From Takakia lepidozioides (lineage: Eukaryota > Plantae > Bryophyta), in contig CM060731.1 in assembly GCA_030704615.1 (NCBI GenBank), forward strand, positions 69,564,001-69,628,000: a DNA stretch of 64,000 bases, read 5' to 3'. The position numbers and the translations under genes were made by a program. Positions within the stretch are counted from its first letter, which is position 1. Every line of letters starts with the position of its first letter. The notes beneath the pieces are model-generated. The model did not search any database, was not told the DNA's origin, and worked only from the letters and a program-made list of their open reading frames with translations. Positions 25,801-38,771 of this stretch are shown in pieces.

Positions 25801-26836
25801 GCAGGCGAGGAGCCTGAGGTCAACTGGCGCCACAAGCGCAGCTGTACTAGGAAGGCTAGAGCAAAAACCCACCTCTCTTTTGAGCCTAACTTAGCATGAA
25901 AGTGTAGTGCTCCCTCGCTCGGTTTCTATTAGGATGCTCTCCTGAACGCCGGTTCTACCCAGGCAGTGGCTCTCCTCGCAGCTTCTTTCAGGATCTCCCC
26001 CTGAGCTCTGGTTCGGAGCAGTGCCTCTTCTGGTGGTCTCTATGGCTTCCCCCGCATGGTTATTTTTTCTTTGCTTGTCCTCTTTTCAAACTATCAGTAA
26101 AGTTCTGAGGGCCTGTCCACTGTTTCTTTTTAAAAGGACCCATATGATAAGTAGGTTCTCTCCCTTTCGCTGGCTTGGACCAGAAGTCACTAGGGAACTT
26201 TACATTCGGGTTCCACCTGAGATGCCATGCCACATGGAGCTTATCAAGTGACAGTTCCGTGACACAAGCTAAGCTTGAAGTGTCCCATCAAAGTTCAAAC
26301 TGTCAGAGGGGTCTGGGTGAAGAATCAAGTTATATCTACCACCATCACTGTAGTGCGTGGCATAACCTTGCCCAATTGTATAGCATCACTTCACTGCACA
26401 ATTCATGGTGTTGCTTGGAATATAAATTGTACAGAGCACAGCATTTACTACTTCTCAAGACAGGAGTTGTTCATGCCTGCAGACAGCTCTCTAAGGATGG
26501 ACAATCCACCCTTCACAGAAATTCCACACCTGGAGGCAAACTCTAGCAAGTTGTACAAGGAGACAATCAAAACTCCATCCAACAGCTCCACTCAACGAAT
26601 CCCTACATCACCTTTACTAGCAATAAATCCTCACATTGATGAAGAGGCTGGTCCTTCAGTCTAGGCAGACCTGGAGGAAAAGAAATTATTCAATTACATC
26701 AAAGAAATGTCATCCTTAAATGACACCCTGACAAAAGGGTCTCATTCAGTGGGAAGCTCTCAATCAAAATTACCATAAGTGCGCGCAGAGCAACCTAGGC
26801 ACAAAACTAGACCCAAGTCTACAAAACTGGTTGATC

Positions 26837-27558
<722 letters not shown>

Positions 27559-28105
27559 TCATGTGTTGATGACGTGGTTGCACAATATCGCCCTCAAATC
27601 AGCACCAACTGTATGGCCCCTATTGACAACTGGTTCTTGACTGTGGGCAACTCGATCACGCTCCATGATGGCTGCCATGGCATCCATCTCATTGTAGATG
27701 CCCTCAAAGTCAACTTCCTTGAAATCAACCAAAAGATTATATAGGATGCAGCAGGCATGAATAACCTGGGGCAAGAAATCAATGTCGAGTTCGCTCCTCC
27801 AACCCACCTCTTTGAAGGTACCTTTCATTCGACCAAAGGCAATCTCCGAGAAAATTCTTGCCTTTGACAATTGGTGATTGAAGACGGTTTTGGCTCTGGA
27901 GAGGACTGGAGCATTGAGAGCTCTTTTGTAACTAGGGATGAGCCAGGGGAGGGCAGGGTAGACTGCATCACCAATAAGGAGTGGTGGGATCTCGTGTCCA
28001 TTGTCAAGAATGACATTCTCACCACGCAAAAGAGTGCCCTGTGACGCAGGATAGAAAAGGGGGGAGTTCCGTAACACCCTAGAGTCGTTCACCCTAGAGT
28101 CGTTA
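27559..28105 (-). mobile_element. C-terminal half of a PIF/Harbinger (HARBI1-like) DDE transposase
   Basis: NDSRVLRNS..LLIGDAVYPALPWLIPSY..FNHQLSKARIFSEIAFGRMKG..IHACCILYN. The N-terminal half is absent. Confidence 0.88.
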
Positions 28106-28194
28106 AACCCTAAACCCTTATAGCTCAAGGCTCCCTACCAACACAACAAAAAGAGAAAAGACCTAGCACATAAGGCTATGAAGGCACATAAGGC

Positions 28195-28435
28195 CCTTAT
28201 ATACCCTGATTAGATATACCCTTCATTTTAACATATACCTTTCAGAAAAGTAGGGTATATTGAGCGTCTTGATGCAGGGTAAATATAAGGATAAGGGTAT
28301 ATCATAAAAATATACCCTGATATAAGGGTACACATCCAGGTACCTAAACTTGCCACACCAGGGTATATATATATCAACATACCCTGATATACCCACCGGG
28401 TATATCAAGGTAATTCATATACCCGCCCAACACTG
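28195..28435. repeat. Right subterminal ATACCC/GGGTAT array and terminal inverted repeat ending ..CCCGCCCAACACTG
   Basis: About ten TATACCC/GGGTATA motifs in both orientations. It mirrors 19552-19790. Confidence 0.65.
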
Positions 28436-28935
28436 GTTCCTTCCCAACTTTTCACGGAACCTATACCTAAATTGTCGACTTGTCTAGTGGGCCATGTGAA
28501 GGAAAAACAAATAGTTGATAAGTGGGCTAAGATAGCATACAATTTGAAGTGTGCAGTATAAGTGTTTCACCGAAGCACAAACTCTTGGATTTAGGGTGAA
28601 CTTACTTAGGGGTCCATCCATGAAAAACCTATTTATTTTGTCGGGCATGGATTGCGTGGACTTAGTGGTTGACAAAATGATTTTCCAATTAGATAAATAA
28701 AATATGATGCATTTGTAAGCATGAGATCCCACCCACAAGTGCCCCCAAGAACTCCAAAACTCAATTATGCTGGTATGATTTCACAGTGGAGTGTGTTGTA
28801 CAAGCGATGAAATCCTCACGTCCGGGATAATATTCGAGGTATCATTGAATGTTTGTCCACTACAAACGCAATGACAGTACTGTAAAATAAGTTCTTAGTG
28901 TCAGAAACCCGTCCCTTCCTCTTGAAGCAACACCT

Positions 28936-30295
28936 TAATCAATGCTCGCTTAGGCAGGAATTAACGAATTGACCTTTCTTAGTGTCTGATAGAAGAATAT
29001 GGCAGCGCAAACTTAGTGGGCCTCTGTATGCCAGGTTACACTTGAAGAGACCAAGGCCAGTCCAAGGAATAATGGGGCAATCTTTCCAAAAAACAAAATT
29101 TTGACAACAATCCAAGAATGTAAGCAGCCACCTGATCAGCACCCACATATGCCAGCCATCCAGGAAATTTAGCCCGCCTCCTCAGTTGCCCAGTAAACAG
29201 CAATACCAAAACCTGCAGGACCACGCTCAGTAGCAAGCCAGCCCGCTGGAAGCCCCGAATCCAAGAGTCTAATTACAGAGATGGGAGTTTTTGAGACCCG
29301 CTTCAACATACTTCTAGAAGATCCCTAACCCAGGAAGGAAGTTGAAAACCAGTAGACCTATGAATCCAAAGATGATCTCCTGTCAAAACATTGCATAATA
29401 GAATGGCAAAAATACCTTTTTTCCCGATCAGCAGCTGGGGAAACTGTGCGTTGGCTGCGGTCTCTTGCTCTATCATGCCAGTCTCGACTTCGGCTGCGGG
29501 AACGACTTCTCCACCTATCACGCTCTCCATGCCTGTCTCTCTCACGGTCATCATTGTGATCACGTCTGTAGTAATCCCTCTCTCTATCTCGGTCTCTGTA
29601 ACTGAAAAACTCGCGATCCTTCTCTCGGTTCCGTTCTCGGACCCGATAGTACTCACGGTCCCGGTCCCTATCCCGGCATAGCCCATGAGCCACATATGGA
29701 ACACATAAAATTGTTTCCTCCAGTGCAAAATATCTCTAGAGAAACTGCTTTTTGAGAGAAATCAACCATCTGCTCGAGTTCAAACTGCTAAATTATGAAT
29801 GAGGCATCGACAAGATAAGTCTACATAAGGGGGGAAGAACAGTGCAGATCCAACTCTCCTTCCTTTTACAAATAATAACAATAAGTGCATATGATGGAGG
29901 GAGTTGCGCGGAGCTATGCTGCGTTGGGGGTCCGGTGCTTGACTCACGAAGTCATTGGATGCAGCGAGGACCTCAACGCAGCATCGTTCCGCAGAGCCCC
30001 CTCCACCATGCAAAGGATTTCCCGCCCCTCCGCTAGCCGCTTAAGAGGTTACTTCCTCTTTCCTATTTCCTCACTAGCGTTTTTTTTGCGCAAAAAGGGA
30101 AGACAATACGAACAAGGCGCAGGCCCTGCCATCTACATATGTAGGCAAGACAAGTTCGGAATTTCTATATTAAGGCCCTGCCATCTATATATGTAGGCAA
30201 GACAAGTTTAGAATTTCTATATTAAGGCCCTGCCATCTATATATGTAGGCAAGATATAAAATTGGAATTTTTATATTACATCTGTTTTTTTTTTT
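28936..30295. repeat. Direct repeat copy 1: inverted PRP38 RD/RS exon with flanking intron (~29274-29858) plus ~2.5 units of a 52-bp minisatellite
   Basis: Near-identical to 44807-46681. The inner part is the reverse complement of ~5742-6337. Confidence 0.95.
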
Positions 30296-30585
30296 ATGGA
30301 AATTTGGAGAAGAGTGCAGGTAGGCTTAAACGAAGTTTCTTCCAAATTGTGAATTCCTAAGCTTTACATCCCATACTCAGAAGAAAATGATTAGTATCTC
30401 CTCAGTAAGTTGTCATGGATCGTCAGCTTTCCTGATGATGCCTCTTGTTGTAGTGATGTTAATTCTTGCATGTCAATCCAGCAATAAATCAAGTCCCTTG
30501 TACATGTGTAGCAGACTTCACTAATTGAAAAGTTAATAACTCAACATCACCTCTTAAACTCCAAATATCTGTTCATGGTTTGCAG

Positions 30586-33500
30586 AAGAGCGCAATGCAG
30601 GCCTTGGTTTTGGTGAAGCTGATGCTGATGGTGAGGAAGAGAGGGAACTAGATTGGTGGGTCTCAGATGATGATTGCAAGGACAGCTCTACAGAAGTAGA
30701 TGATGACTATCTAAGTGAAACAGATGAAGCATATGCGTCACAGGACTCCAGAACTTCTGGAGATATTCATCAAGACACTACCACAGCTGCTATTGGTGGG
30801 GATGAGATTCTTAAAGTCTCACTGAAGAAGCGTGCCGAGATGCTACGTACAGAAGTATGTCAGCTAAATGGACCAGTGGCATCTGCAGATGGCAGCTGTC
30901 TGCCAAACCTTGAAGCATCACAAACTAACCCTGATCACACTCTGATCAACTGCCTCCCAGGCAATAATATGAGTAATATGAGTGGTGAGTCAAACACCAA
31001 AGGGAACCCTGATAAGAAGACCAATGGTTCTTCAAATCCTGGGCCATTGTATGTGCTGCCTTTATATGCAATGCTTCCAGCAGCAGCACAGCTACGAGTT
31101 TTTTCAGGGGCTCCAGAAGGTGCTCGCCTGGTGGTAATTGCAACCAATGTGGCAGAGACTTCCATCACAATCCCAGGGATAAGGTATGCTTTATCAATTT
31201 ATCACATCAAAAAGATTCAGATGTATTTTCATTGCATCCAATCTGCAAGGAAAAAGCTTGGTGAACAGAGGAGAATGGAAATTCCTGTCTGTATCAGGTA
31301 ATGATACACATTCAGTGCTCTATTGCATGGAGCTTAAGGTGCCCCACATGATATTATTCTTTGTTGTTGCTATGATACTGCGCAACCACCGTCATTTAGT
31401 AATGAATGTGAGGAACTTACATATGTTTCTGCTTTTTGTCTTGCAGATATGTGGTAGACAGTGGGTGGGCGAAGGAGAGAGATTTTGATCGTGCCAGTGG
31501 AATCTCCAATTATGTGGTTCGGTGGATCAGCAAGGCTTCAGCCAATCAACGAGCTGGCAGGGCTGGCCGCACAGGACCTGGGCACTGCTATCGACTATAC
31601 TCTTCTGCAATGTTTAATAACAGGTTTCCACGGTTTGCACCTCAAGAGATGAGCAAGGCCCCCGTTGAGGGCGTCATTTCTTCATGAAACGTATGGGTCC
31701 CACTCACTCATTTGTGGCACCTGATTGAATCATGTTTTGATTGGCATTGTTATTTCTTCTCTATCATGCAGCCATGTTGTCTGTCAGAGTTTGCTGGAAT
31801 TTAGAGTATAGGCTTTAGAGTATTTCTTAAGAATCCAGAACCCCTTTGTCTGGGTGGCTTGATTCAGGTGATGAACTTTCCATTTCCATCTCCACCTGAG
31901 CGAGAAGCGCTGGTAGAGGGTGAGCGTTGCCTACGTGCTCTTTCGGCTTTGGACCCTGACACAGGATTATTAACTCCTATCGGCCGAGCTATGGCTATTT
32001 ATCCTATCAGCCCACGTCATGCACGGATGCTGCTAGCCGCTCTTCATGCAGCGCAGAAAATGGAGGGGAAGGGAGATAGGAATGGGGGAAGTGTAGTTCT
32101 GGCCTTTGCTATAGCAGCAGCTGCTGCTCTCAGTCATGAGAATCCTCTTCTCAGAGATGTAGGCGTTTCCAGGGGGGATGACTTACCGTCCAATGGCAAT
32201 CCAGAAAATGCCATGGATGGGGGTAAAGGGAGTGGTGGTGAACTATTAGGCCGTAGAGCAGCCAGCACAAACGCAAAAGAAGAAATCCAGCGTGTGGCAA
32301 AACATGCTGAAAACTGGTCTGCAGATGCTGGAAGTGCATCAAAAGAAGAGGATGCAGATTGGACGGAGGCTGAGATGTTGAGGAGGAAGCAGAGACGTGC
32401 AGCAGCAGGTGTGGCCCATGGTAAATTTCGTAATTCAAAAAGTGATGCATTGACTGTGGTGAAGGCCTTGTGGGCTTATGAAAAGTCTGACAATCGCGAT
32501 GAGTTTTGTGAGCTTCAGTATTTGCATGCGAAGACAATGCAAGAGATGATGAAGCTGCGGCAACAGTTGGCACAACTGGTGATTCAGTATAGCTGTGAAG
32601 CTGGAGCCCACTTCATTGGACAGATTGAAGGGCAGGGTGAGCTGTGCTTGAGTCAAGATTTTCTGATGGAAGCTGAGAAAGCATGGCAAAATCCGGCAAG
32701 CCAGACCTTGAGCCTGCAGCAAGAGACCGCACTTCAGCAGGCCATTTGTGCAGGTTGGGCCAATCGTGTTGCACGGCGACTGAGTGCGCGAGAAAGAGCA
32801 CAATTGCTGGGAACTGATGGAAAACACCGAAAAGCAATCAGGTTTGAGCTACAAGGCCATTATTCTTCTGAAATTGTCAATTGACGAAAGAGTGCCACAT
32901 TAATATGCTTCAGTTGCATCTAATCCCCTGAACGATTGAAATAATATGCAGGTATCAGGCATGTGCTGTGGAAGAATCTGTGTATCTCCATCCATCATCA
33001 GCAGTCTTCCGAGAGGCCCCCGAATTTGTGGTACATAACGAGATCATTCACACAACCAGGCCCTACATGTGGGGTGTGACAGCTGTCGATGCCCACTGGC
33101 TTGTCTCACATGCCAACCCTCTCTGCATTTTCTCAAAGCCACTTGCAGATCCCCCCCTTGGTACGACTCCTGTAGTGATCAGGTCATGTGTTGGGTGACT
33201 CCCAGCTTTGGCCCTCATCTCTGGGAGCTCCCATTGCATTCCTTCCCGATGAAGAACCGCAAGACGCGGGTGGCAATTTTTGCTTTCTCTTTGCTGCAAG
33301 GTAAGGTGGTGCCTTCCTTCTCATCTCTGCTCTTACACATGGCTGCAGACCCTGGCATAATTTGTAAGCCCGAGGCACATGTGCACAAGCGTGTTGGGGA
33401 GCTATTACACAGGCTTAGTTTTGGGCCTAATGAGATTGATACTCGCAACAAGCTAGGACAGGCTTGGTCAAGAGATCCCACATTTTTGTACCCAGAGATC

Positions 33501-33623
33501 TTGGCGTGGCTCCAAACTGGTTCAGAGTCAAAGCTCAAGGATGTATGGAACCGTGCTCAGCAAGAAGCACAGATGGATGGCAAAGAGCTGTATGGCAAGC
33601 AAGCAAAGAAGAGGAAACCATAG
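30586..33623 (+). pseudogene. DHX37: 3' portion of a DEAH-box RNA helicase, DHX37/Dhr1-like (exons 30586-31183, 31447-~31695, 31868-32841, 32952-33623)
   Basis: [108 protein letters not shown]. The Walker A/DEAH half is absent upstream, and there are frameshifts at ~31680 and ~33155. Confidence 0.88.
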
Positions 33624-36067
33624 ATAGTCATGAGGCGCACAGGTTCCTTATCTGTAAAGTATGATTTGGAGCTTCTCTCCCTCACCCAATGTCGACTGAC
33701 ATTATCTGTGTATATACTGTTCATTTGTTGGCTGTGACCATTGGGGGCACGTCCCCATTTGCCCCCAACCGGAATTGTCCATTTCCAGGTCCACAAAGGT
33801 GGGGTTTGAAAACTTTGTTTGTACCCACTGCTCCACGCCAGTCATGGGCCCCACCACCTTTACACGTGGGCTGGGCTGCGGGCCATGCCCTTCTTCCCAT
33901 CAGTGCACCGGTTGTAGGCGGTGGCTGGAGTGTCCCATTTCCAGGTAAATGGGCTCTAGTCCGTTCAGGAATGGGTCAGGCGATGGGTTGATGGGGATGC
34001 AGATTTCCCGGATTGGACCGGCAACCAACCGGGCCCGGGTCCAGTTATGGCCCACTGTATGCAGCCCACAACAAGTCATTCACGTATTCTTGAAGGTACA
34101 CAATAGCATTGATCTGACACTAGGAGTATAGCACTCAAGTACAGTCCACTCTAGCTTGGAATTGATTTGGCAAAGGTGGCTGGGGGGCAAAGGGGGGGAG
34201 AGGAAGAAAGAGAAAGAGGATGTACTGACTCAGAAGTAGAGTTCAACTATGAATATAAGAGCTCAGGGTTGAGCAGCACTAAGGACATATGTAACTACAT
34301 CAGATCAGCTGTAAATTGCATTCGTTGCCTGAGTTAAGAGCAGTTGCGCCACCATCTTTTTTAGCCAGATCACTTCGCAGGAGGGAACTGAATTTGACAG
34401 CGGTGGTGGACTTTTTTTCAACAGTCAGCTGTGTTTCCTACATGGTTTGTGCCTCAATTGAGGTACCATAACCAATGTGCATCAATACATGGCTATTTAC
34501 CTGCTATCCTCCTTGTGTCAGTTACTCAGTTTACACCATTAGCCTCTTCACATGAGGCCTCAGCTGTCATTTGTTACTTGTTGCTCAATGCTACAATTGC
34601 TTTCCCCCACTACAGATTGTTGGGTCTATAGCTGGAGTACATCCACATTCCATCATACAGACATGAATCAAACATAAACTGTAATCGATTGGCAATGCAT
34701 GAAAGTGCAGTATGTAGTGCAATTGGGCGTGATTTGTCGTTGGTGATGTTACTCCCCAGTGAGATATATATCATCATTTGAAACTCTTATACAAGCTTGG
34801 AAGATCAACTGCAGATGACAAAGCTTTGCTGAGCCCTTTCACAGCTCCATTCCGCCGCCCCATCTAGAAGCATAATTAAGTGCACCCTCCTGCCATGCCC
34901 ACCCTCCCACATTATCTTGCTTGGAAGGGAAGAAGAAATGGAGAAACTAAATTTCAAAACAGTCTCGTATCCAAGTGACAGACAGAGACGAATATGAACA
35001 CAAAGACACATTATATATTGGTAATACAAAGGTTCATATGGGCAGCACTCCGAAAGAACTATTTTAGGGTTTTCGAAGTCATCAGTGGGTTATCCAAGTC
35101 TGTGAACCGCTCGACCTCCCTGGAATCTGTTGCGCCCTCTGAAGCAGCCGGGGCAGCTGACCTCAGAGAGAAGTTGCTGTCCTAACTTTGAGCAATATCA
35201 GGTGGGTCCTCACTCTACTCTGCCTCCACCCCTTTACTCTTCTTGCAATCAGGGCTCCCTACCCTTAAATCTCCCACCTCAATTCTGGGAAGGTGTTTTG
35301 GAGCCAACGAATTCGGGAAGGGCGTGTATGGAATTCGGTTAGTGTAGATGTAAGAGCGCTTCCAAATCTTGGTTGGCTGCACTGTTGTTTTGACCTGGCA
35401 TGATGAAGGTACTCAGCTTTGTGTTTGATGTAGACGAATTGAGAAGAAACTGGATGTGACGACGTATGTGCAGGCTTTGCAGTAACCAGGGTTTTATGTC
35501 AGAGTAGAGGCAGTGAGTGGGAGAAACATCAAGGAGAGGTCGTTAGTGGCTTCTCTTCTTCCGTTGCTATAGAGTGATTTCGATTTTGAAGATAAGCGGC
35601 ATATAACATTAGCCGGTGAAGAGGCGCAATTTCTCTTGCTCTTCCGCACCTGTCTCCCGGTTACGGGTCGTCAAGGGGGCCATAACAGTAGTCTGTTGGC
35701 AATATGTGGTCTCGTTGTTTCGAACAAGCAGCGGGCAAGTCTTGTGCCAGGCATCCCAACCCTTTCTAGGTTACGCAGTACCTTTTGCCCTGATTATACT
35801 ACAGTCCTAAGAAGGCTGTTTGCTTTAATCAACCCCAGTGGTCGGCAAGGGATTCAGTGACTTTCAGTGACCACACTCCCTAAACAAGGGCTTAAGGGAT
35901 CTGATAGCCCTATTCCTTTTGCTAGTCTGGCATGGGAACTGGTTTTTGCAAAGGTTTCTCGGAGTTTTCTTCAAAGGTACTTATCAGTTGGGTGTGGATT
36001 TTATTTCATGTAGCAGATGTGGAAATCACAAACTTCTTTCAATGGTGGCATTTCGGCATGAACAGGA

Positions 36068-36935
36068 ATGGCCAAGGTGTTGGACATTGTTTACAAGAGT
36101 GTGACAGCAGGTCTTGGACTGGCAACTGTCTATTTTGGGGCAAATTTGGCATTCAACATTACTCGCGGCATTTCATGGCACTATGCCCATGAACAGGTCT
36201 GCAAACTCAAGCCTCTCTCTCTTCAGCAACACTTCTGTATCAAAACCCTTACTTCTTTGTCGTCTTTCCCTCTGGCATGGATGTTTTCACTTGTATTCTG
36301 CATGTCAGTTTCTGTATGTTAGTATGTCTCGTCCATGGTACTCGGCCACATTGTTCTCCTTCCATTTCACTTGCCCCTGTCTTCCCCATTGCTAATTTAT
36401 GAAACCTGGGCATGGGGTCTGTGATCATAGGACTAAAGCAAATGAAATCCAATAACTAGACATTGTGGTGTGGTGCATTCACATTGGGCCTAGGTTAAGT
36501 CCAAGCCCTGCCAATCTCTATACCCACGTGGAGTGGGCATTCAAACTGTTGGATCTGTCCATGATGTACTCATAAGACTTTGTTTGCCGTGGTGAGCGAC
36601 ATGCGTACACAAAGCAGAGCCACTACAATGCATCAGAAAATGTTTGCAGCCCACATTATGGACAGAATGGCCACAAGCACTTCAGAGAAATCGAATTTGT
36701 GGTTCAGCAGTGGCAGTGGTCACTGTGCTGCTCTTCGCTCTTCTCCACACCCTCTTCCACCCCCTGTTTTTATGTGTCCAAGGCTGAGCTGTCTAGAGAG
36801 CTGTGGTGTTTCTCTGGCCACAAAGCTTCACAAGCAAAGGAGGTGTATCATTTCTTGCCCATCTCACATGCTGACCTTGTTTTGCATGTCTTGCAGCCCA
36901 CTGAGCCGACGGATGATGCACCTGCCAAAAGTTGA
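36068..36935 (+). CDS. COX14: Small single-TM protein, COX14-like cytochrome c oxidase assembly factor; CDS 36068-36196 plus 36897-36935 (55 aa)
   Basis: MAKVLDIVYKSVTAGLGLATVYFGANLAFNITRGISWHYAHEQ / PTEPTDDAPAKS*, with a phase-0 GT-AG intron. A telo-box lies at 35064-35072, with a likely 5'-UTR intron at ~35202-36065. The family call rests on recalled similarity to plant COX14-like proteins. Confidence 0.7.
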
Positions 36936-37134
36936 GTCAAAGGGACATGAAGCAGGTGCTGTGGAAGATTGTAACTTTAGGAAAGAGTTGGTTTGTCGAG
37001 AGTGTAGAGAAAGATGGGATGAGTTGAACTTTTCTGGTTTGTAAGTATATTGATTCAGACGACCATCCAACATTGTTTGGATTTGGATCCCCCCTTTTTC
37101 TTTTTCCAAGCGGAGGAAAGGAATCTAGTATCTC

Positions 37135-37950
37135 CTATACCACTGAGGATTGTGCAATTGTAGATACTATTTGAACTTCATAAGTGTATGTACAGGTGAT
37201 ACTGTCAGGCTTCAAGCCTTCCTTTTGCATTCCTTCAAATAGTTGCAGGGCCTCCCTATGACAACCATACTGGGCGTATCCTGTGATCATTATGTTCCAG
37301 GACACCACATCTTGTTCAACCATATTGTTGAACACTCCCTATGCATCCTTGATGCTCCTGCATTTGGAATACACTAGTATTCAGAGATATCTGGTACAAT
37401 TCCCCATTAGGTGATGTCGACCTAGACCTCTTTGTCCTTCTCCAGGCCTGCCGGGCTTGTGCATGCATTGCAAATGCAAGTGAACGTGACCCAGTTGGGC
37501 TTGGGCTTGGGCTTGGGCTTGGGCTTCACCCCTTCCCGCATCATTTGCTCATGTCTCCATTGCCTCCATCCCTCACCCATGCTGGGCATATCCTGTGTTC
37601 CAGGACACCACATCTCGTGCAGCCATATTGTCAAACACCCCTTTGCATCCTCGATGCTCCAGCCTATGGCATGCACGTCCACCAGGATACAGTTCAGAAT
37701 GATATCTGGTACAATTCCTGCTTTGCTGATGTCATCATGGACCTCTTTGCCCTTTTCCAGGGCTGCCAGGCTTGCACCCGCATCGCAAGCGACCCAGTCC
37801 GGCTTTCTACCTTCACCTATCATTTGTTCATGTCTCCACTTTCTTACCACACCCATTCTTGTTAAGCCTGCCATCATAATATTCGCATGATCCAACTGCG
37901 TTCAGGCATTTGTTGAACACTTGGTGTGCATCCACAATGCTCCACACTTC
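37135..37950 (-). pseudogene. Degenerate PLS-class PPR relic
   Basis: [36 protein letters not shown] and LEKGKEVH motifs with many indels. A (CTTGGG)n expansion gives KPKPKPKP. Confidence 0.85.
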
Positions 37951-38029
37951 TGATTCGCCCGAGAGGGCCAGATTTCAGGTGCAAAATTCCGTATGAATCC
38001 CTGTGGATTGATAGCTACAATAAACCTGC

Positions 38030-38280
38030 ATGGGTAGATGGTCAACTGGAAGCAGCAGCAGCAGCGGCACAGTTGATAAAATCAGGCACCTCCACCTGAA
38101 CACAGCTTCCAAAAGAGGACCAAGAGAGGGACTCCATAATACCGCTTCTGGCGCTTCTTGGCATGTGAGGACACTACGTGAGGCAGGGCAACTGAAAGAG
38201 GCTCTACAGATGTTAGAACAAGGAGGCATTTCAGCAGATTCAGATACTTTTGTCTGTCTCTTACCTAAGTGCATCAAGCT
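38030..38280 (+). pseudogene. Inverted N-terminal fragment of a PPR paralogue
   Basis: VRTLREAGQLKEALQMLEQGGISADSDTFVCLL closely matches the N-terminus of the 38772-41363 gene, on the opposite strand. Confidence 0.8.
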
Positions 38281-38771
38281 GCATCCCTGCTCCTTCAGCT
38301 CTCCCTGCCTCGGCACCAATCATGCATAGATTCTTACATTGCTGCTAGCAACTGACAATGACAACCTAAATTTTTTTCTAGCAAACACCCCAACTCTACT
38401 TATCACAGACTAGCTCCTATGTTGAATTACTCCCAAGACTTTCAAAATATGCTGGGGAGAGAACGAGGATGACAATTTTCAAGAAAGCTTTGCAATGCCT
38501 CTTGTTGTCTGCCTCTCTCTGTAATTTAAGAGAAGCACCGGTTGGCCTTGATCGTCCCACCATTGACTGGAGTCCGAAAAAATATTCCTTCCAAAGCTTC
38601 TGCACTAGAGTTCACCGTGACTTCCGTCTAATCATTACCATATGCAGCTCAGACATTGTGGTACTGAACGCCACATTCGATGACAGATTGGTTTTCCACA
38701 TTGACTTTTACATGAACTAATGATAAATGGCATTTTTGCCTTTGCAACACCAGTTCTTTCATGTGGCGTGT

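Noticed and set aside
26175-26664. 129-aa ORF, possibly retroelement- or virus-derived
   Set aside because: No catalytic or family motif could be identified.
33740-34060. hAT-like MITE ending ..GGCCCACTG
   Set aside because: The left end match is poor and the flanks give no target-site duplication.
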